A DNA stretch of 64,000 nucleotides, taken from assembly GCA_001662655.1 (NCBI GenBank), contig KV460206.1. One strand, written 5' to 3'. The notes beneath the pieces are model-generated. The model searched no databases and was not told where the DNA came from. It worked only from the letters and a program-made list of their open reading frames with translations. This document shows, piece by piece, positions 59,689-64,000 of this stretch. How positions within the stretch are numbered: the stretch's first letter is position 1; every line of letters begins with the position of its first letter. Both the position numbers and the translations under genes were made by a program. The DNA is from Pseudogymnoascus verrucosus (lineage: Eukaryota).

Positions 59689-62526
59689 CTACTCTTCTTC
59701 AATTTCGCCTTCCTCGCTTCCCGAGTGTACAGCTGCATCCTCCTTTGGTGGCAATGTTGTGGTTGGCGTCTTAGCCTTCACGGTACGATCCTGTGCGGGA
59801 GACTCTCGTGGCGGGGTTCGTTCTCTCCTTGTCCTCTATAGAAATATAATGTTAGGGCAATGTCCTTACTATATCACAAGTGTTGTTATGGGGTATCGTG
59901 AGGGTTATAATAGGTCATTCCTCCAACCCCACCATCAACCGGGAGTCTCTTTGAGCTTAGCTTCTTCAACCACAACAATGACTATTGTTTGAAACCTCGA
60001 GAGCACTACTCTTAAAGATCTTGTTGGTCAAGCGTACCTACTCCTAATACGGGGAGGCCAGACGGCCGAAATTGTGATCACGCTGAGCGCAGTTTTCAGA
60101 AAATCGACGAACCTTAGTATCCCTTTTGCTACCCCCGCTTTCAAGGTCACTGTCAGCCCTTCTACGCCTGACCGAACTCGGCTTCTCATCACCATAGGGC
60201 AACTCATCAATGCTACCCCTTGGATCACCTCTTCTCCTATAGAGCCTCTCGCGGTCGTCATCTCGCTCTCTCTTGTCGCGGGGATCCCTCTCATGGCGAT
60301 CGAGAGGATCATCACGGCGTGTTCTGTGAGATCTATCAAAGTCGCGATCCCTTTCAGACCGATCGTTTCCTCGGCGAGCAGGTGAGAGTAGAGTATCTGC
60401 AACGTTACCTTTGCGGTAGTTCTTCTCACGATCGGCGATAGCCTTGCGCCTATCTGCTTCATATGCATCGGGCTCAGGGCTGCGGCTTGGCCTACCATGG
60501 CGACCACCATTTCGGTGAGATCTCTCACCTCTATCCCTGTCAATTCTCTCTCTTTCCCTCTCTCGATAGCTTGATCGCTCGATAGACTCTCGGTCACGGC
60601 GCTTGGCTCGATCTCTCTCGTCATCCTCCTTGTCTTTCAAACGACGGATAACCTTATCGAAGGCAGAACGTCGTAGATCATCAGTGGGAAGGGCAAGGTA
60701 CTCTCCTGATCGCTCAATACGCGGCTTAACCTTCTCATAAGTATCATCCACCTTGATCGGAGGCTCCAGATGTTTCATGTAAGATCGCAGGTCATCTACA
60801 GCACGGCGTTGCTTTCGCTCTGCCATGTGTTTGTCGTCTTCGTTTCGACGAGATACCTTCTCATGGAGCTATAATCTGTCAGCAAAGCACGTGGAACCCC
60901 AGGATTTTCATTCCACTCACCCTTCCAAATATCAAAGACAGAGCGTCTCGATCGATGTTAGCAGTACGCCGGTCTGTTTGCATAAGGGTAAGAAACTCCT
61001 CAAAGGTGGTCTTCTGCTGTATCTCAAAACGTTTGTCCTGCAAGGTGTTAATAAAGGTAATCTTGACAGAGAAAGGGGGGTTACGAACATCCAACACGTC
61101 CAAAATATCATTCCGAGTTCCACGCAAGGCTCGTTCCTCTTCTTCAACAATGTCCCAAAACAAATCCAGTGGTGTAGAGCCGGGTTGACCGAGCATGTTC
61201 GTGTACCTTTCGTCAGATTGAACTAAGGGGTATACTTGACTCCACTTGGCCCCAGCCTTGATCTTTCCAGCTTTCCTCAAGTCATTCAGAAGGTCAATGA
61301 AGCGGTCGCGGTTCTGGCGTTCTCGTCTTGATTTCTGATTTTTCTGCTGTTGGCGAGCATCGTTGAATGTTCTCTCCAGAGACTTGATATGATTCTCGAA
61401 AGCGGTCAACATATCAGATTTCGTGAGTGTCTGGAATTTCTCATCACCTTTGAATCGCTGGTTTGATTGGATGATACCTTGTGCCTCTGCCCATCTAGTA
61501 TATGGTTCCAGGTTAAGACCGTGCATGATCTCAACAAGCTCGTCCATAGCGGCCCTGCGAGTCGAAGCCTCGCGCTCCATGTTCGTCTTCTTCAACTCAA
61601 TAATGTAATCTTCAAATAATTGGCGTCGCTCATTGTCATCGTCTGTAGATCTGAAGATCGTTTCGCCCTCAATGATAGGTCTAGCAGTCTTCCAGCGTGT
61701 ATAATGCTTGATCTCAGGGTGACTTCGCAGCATGGTGCTAAAATCTGTACGAAGCTTGGCAAGCCTCTCCTTCGCCCGATCCTTTTCTTCCAGGCGCACC
61801 TCAACCGCAAATTTCTCAAATGCAGCCTTGCGATCCTTTGGGTCCTTCAAAGCTCTGTATTGCGGGTCTCTGATAATTGCGCGCATGGCCGCTTCCCAAG
61901 TCCAATCCGGCCTCACTCCGCTGCGTCGGAGAAGCTTCAAAAATGCTGCTTCTGCTTCTTCGAAGGTTGAATAATCGGGGTCGGTATTTGCGGGCACGAA
62001 CACTTGAGCTCTGCTACCGTTGACATCGTTGCCGTAAGCGATCTGACGAGCTTCCCCAACTGGCTCTCTGTCGCGTGGCTGATCGTATTGCGAGAAACCT
62101 CCACCAGCAACAAAGGTTGGGGCACTACATAGATTAGATCAGCATGTATAAGATAGATCATAAAATCTGTAACTTACGATGGTGCTGCGGCTTGCGCAGG
62201 AACAGCTTCTTTCGCAAGCGCATCCTTGAAGACCGCTGGCATCTCCCAGGAGCTCTGTTTGCTTTCGGTATTATACCAGTATTTACGGCCCCCTTCAGCA
62301 GTGTATTCCTTCCATGGTTGATCGGCCAGAGCGCGCTGTTTTGTGTTAGCTTATTTCCATGTCATAATCCCGTTGTTTATCTTACCTCCACTACAGTCAT
62401 GAGCTCCTCAGGTTTGGTCCACTGGGTCGCTTTGGTGATGGTGTTGTAGTAATACACTCGCCCTTCAGCATTGCGCGCCTCTTGCCAAAGGCCCGGAGGG
62501 GCTATGTGCCCATTGATGCCGTTCAT
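59689..62526 (-). CDS. PRP40: U1 snRNP protein Prp40 (2 WW + FF domains, RS/RD-rich tail); exons 62526-62386, 62335-62178, 62124-61089, 61037-60921, 60868-60113, 59835-59689
   Basis: WW domains WQEARNAEGRVYYYNTITKATQWTKP and WKEYTAEGGRKYWYN; FF repeats AEAAFLKLL...WTWEAAMRAIIRDPQY and HYTRWKTARPII; ends HSGSEEGEIEEE*. Confidence 0.93.
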
Positions 62527-62897
62527 TATTCCTGTTGATGTTGATGGAGCAACGTAATGGAGAATGTTAAGACTATCAAAAGTATTTGGAGGTCGCGCGC
62601 GCTAGTGGTCTCGAAGGTCAATTTGCCGCGTCGTGCGTCTCTGGGGCGTTATCCAATCAAGGTTGTGATACGGCAACAGCCACCGCGCCAGGAACTTAAG
62701 GGGAGATGCAACAATGCACTTCGAATTCACAAAAAGCCACAACTGACACCTGAAATTAATTCAAGCGACCTTTGCGAGGCTGGGAGCATAAACTTGCAGA
62801 AATCATTTATGTTTTGTTTTGGAGTCAGCTTACCGACTTCTGTCCTCTCCTGTATATATATTACGGGGAGAGGGGTATATAATCTTTGAGAATCGAG

Positions 62898-64000
62898 ATG
62901 TCTGACGATGAGCAGCCACAACAGTCTCGTGGCAGCTTGGAATTTGTGGAAACTTCAATTATTCAGACGATTGTCCCGGAATTTACAGAATTAAGTCTTG
63001 AAGAAGGGTTGAGGACTTCACTTGCAAAAAATGGCGATGTAGAAGCGGCTCTTCAGGACATGGCCCTGAGGCAGACAGTATTCTTTGGTGAGTAAACATT
63101 TGGCTCATGGATAATTTATATCTTACTTATCACTAGATTATAGATGAAATATTGAATGTCTATGTTGTCTTACAGACACCACATTTGGATGAAAGGGCTG
63201 TCCATCGATACCTTGACCGGCTGGTGGTCACGTTGGATGCCAACGTTGTCAATGCACTGACAGATCCACAAGGCCAGTCCGGCCACGAGCTGATTTATTC
63301 AGGATCAAACGATCAGCTTAAAGAAGCACCTGTTATCATTAAAAGTCCCGGGGAGGATGATAAAACAAGTTTATTAGTGGTCTGGAAGTTTCCAGTCCCT
63401 CTTACAAGGCCTGGCAGGCTGCGCCTCCAAAGCCCTTCCGTGGTCTTTTCAATTTCCGCGAACTTAAAAACAGCCGAACAGCTGAAGGCGATGATTCGGC
63501 AGAACGAATACCTGCCCAGTCAAATGCCTTCTGGCATCAACCTGTTCGAATCCTTCAACGGGGATCCGGCTCTTGGAGATGCCATACCCCGCCTATCTGC
63601 TCTACGAGTCTCGCGGGTTAAACCAGTGTCACCAGGCGAGGCAGATTCTCTGAGCCCATTGAGGATAGCACCAGCGCGCCCTCTTAAGATATTACCTGCA
63701 TTCCAACTACGAGCACGCTACGCAAGACCAAATAACACGCATAGCAACCCCTGCATATTCGCCTCCTTAGACATAGAGGCCACCCCATGGGCTGGCAACT
63801 CTCTCAGCTTGACGTCAGTTGGTTTCAAGCTTACAGACGGAAATGTCGAAGATCTGAACACAGCCCCTGACATGGCACTTCCCATGGACTGCCTTCCAAA
63901 AGACGATGTCACCTTAGTATACCGCCTCTCACGCACTCCCCTGGAGCAATCCTCGACCCCAATAAAGCCGCTCCACATCACCGTCACTGGCACAGTCTGC
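62898..64000 (+). CDS. TRS65: TRAPP-II subunit Trs65, 5' part; exons 62898-63087, 63144 to window end
   Basis: RQTVFF|DEILNVYVVLQTP...YLDRLVVTLDANVVN, VVWKFPVPLTRPGRLRLQSPSVVF, EYLPSQMPSGINLFESF, PRLSALRVSRV match my recollection of filamentous-fungal Trs65. Intron 63088-63143. Confidence 0.75.

Noticed and set aside
61038..61088. In-frame 51-nt PRP40 intron read through by the ORF track
   Set aside because: Ordinary size with GT donor and CAG acceptor; stop-free 3n introns of this length are common by chance

Overview
Eukaryotic, intron-containing DNA from a filamentous ascomycete. Most introns are 46-70 nt with GT donors, CTRAY branch points and mostly YAG acceptors. Leotiomycetes, possibly Pseudogymnoascus-like, is my inference only. 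The window is a dense housekeeping neighbourhood: SSK2 (partial), SLD3, DPB4, NPL6/RSC7, DIS3, an orphan SEPxx-repeat/BTB-like protein, APQ12, a single-pass membrane protein, SIN4/MED16, HST4, GPN3, SAM synthetase, a long coiled-coil protein, CHD1, RLI1, PRP40 and TRS65 (partial). A small accessory-looking block at 45.8-50.6 kb holds an ankyrin pseudogene, RTA1 and a Zn2Cys6 factor. I recognised no tRNA, rRNA, CRISPR array or intact transposon. The most interesting signals are: (1) two competing 5' splice sites in the last PRP40 intron that would switch a C-terminal EEGEI (ARS2-binding type) motif on or off; (2) a sense-strand GGCGTT element shortly after the stop codon of about half the genes; (3) a seven-unit, palindrome-rich degenerate tandem array downstream of SAM synthetase; (4) a long, self-complementary first intron in CHD1; (5) a divergent RTA1/Upc2-like pair with SRE-like sites; (6) three non-YAG acceptors in SIN4. 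All exon boundaries were inferred by eye and none are transcript-verified.
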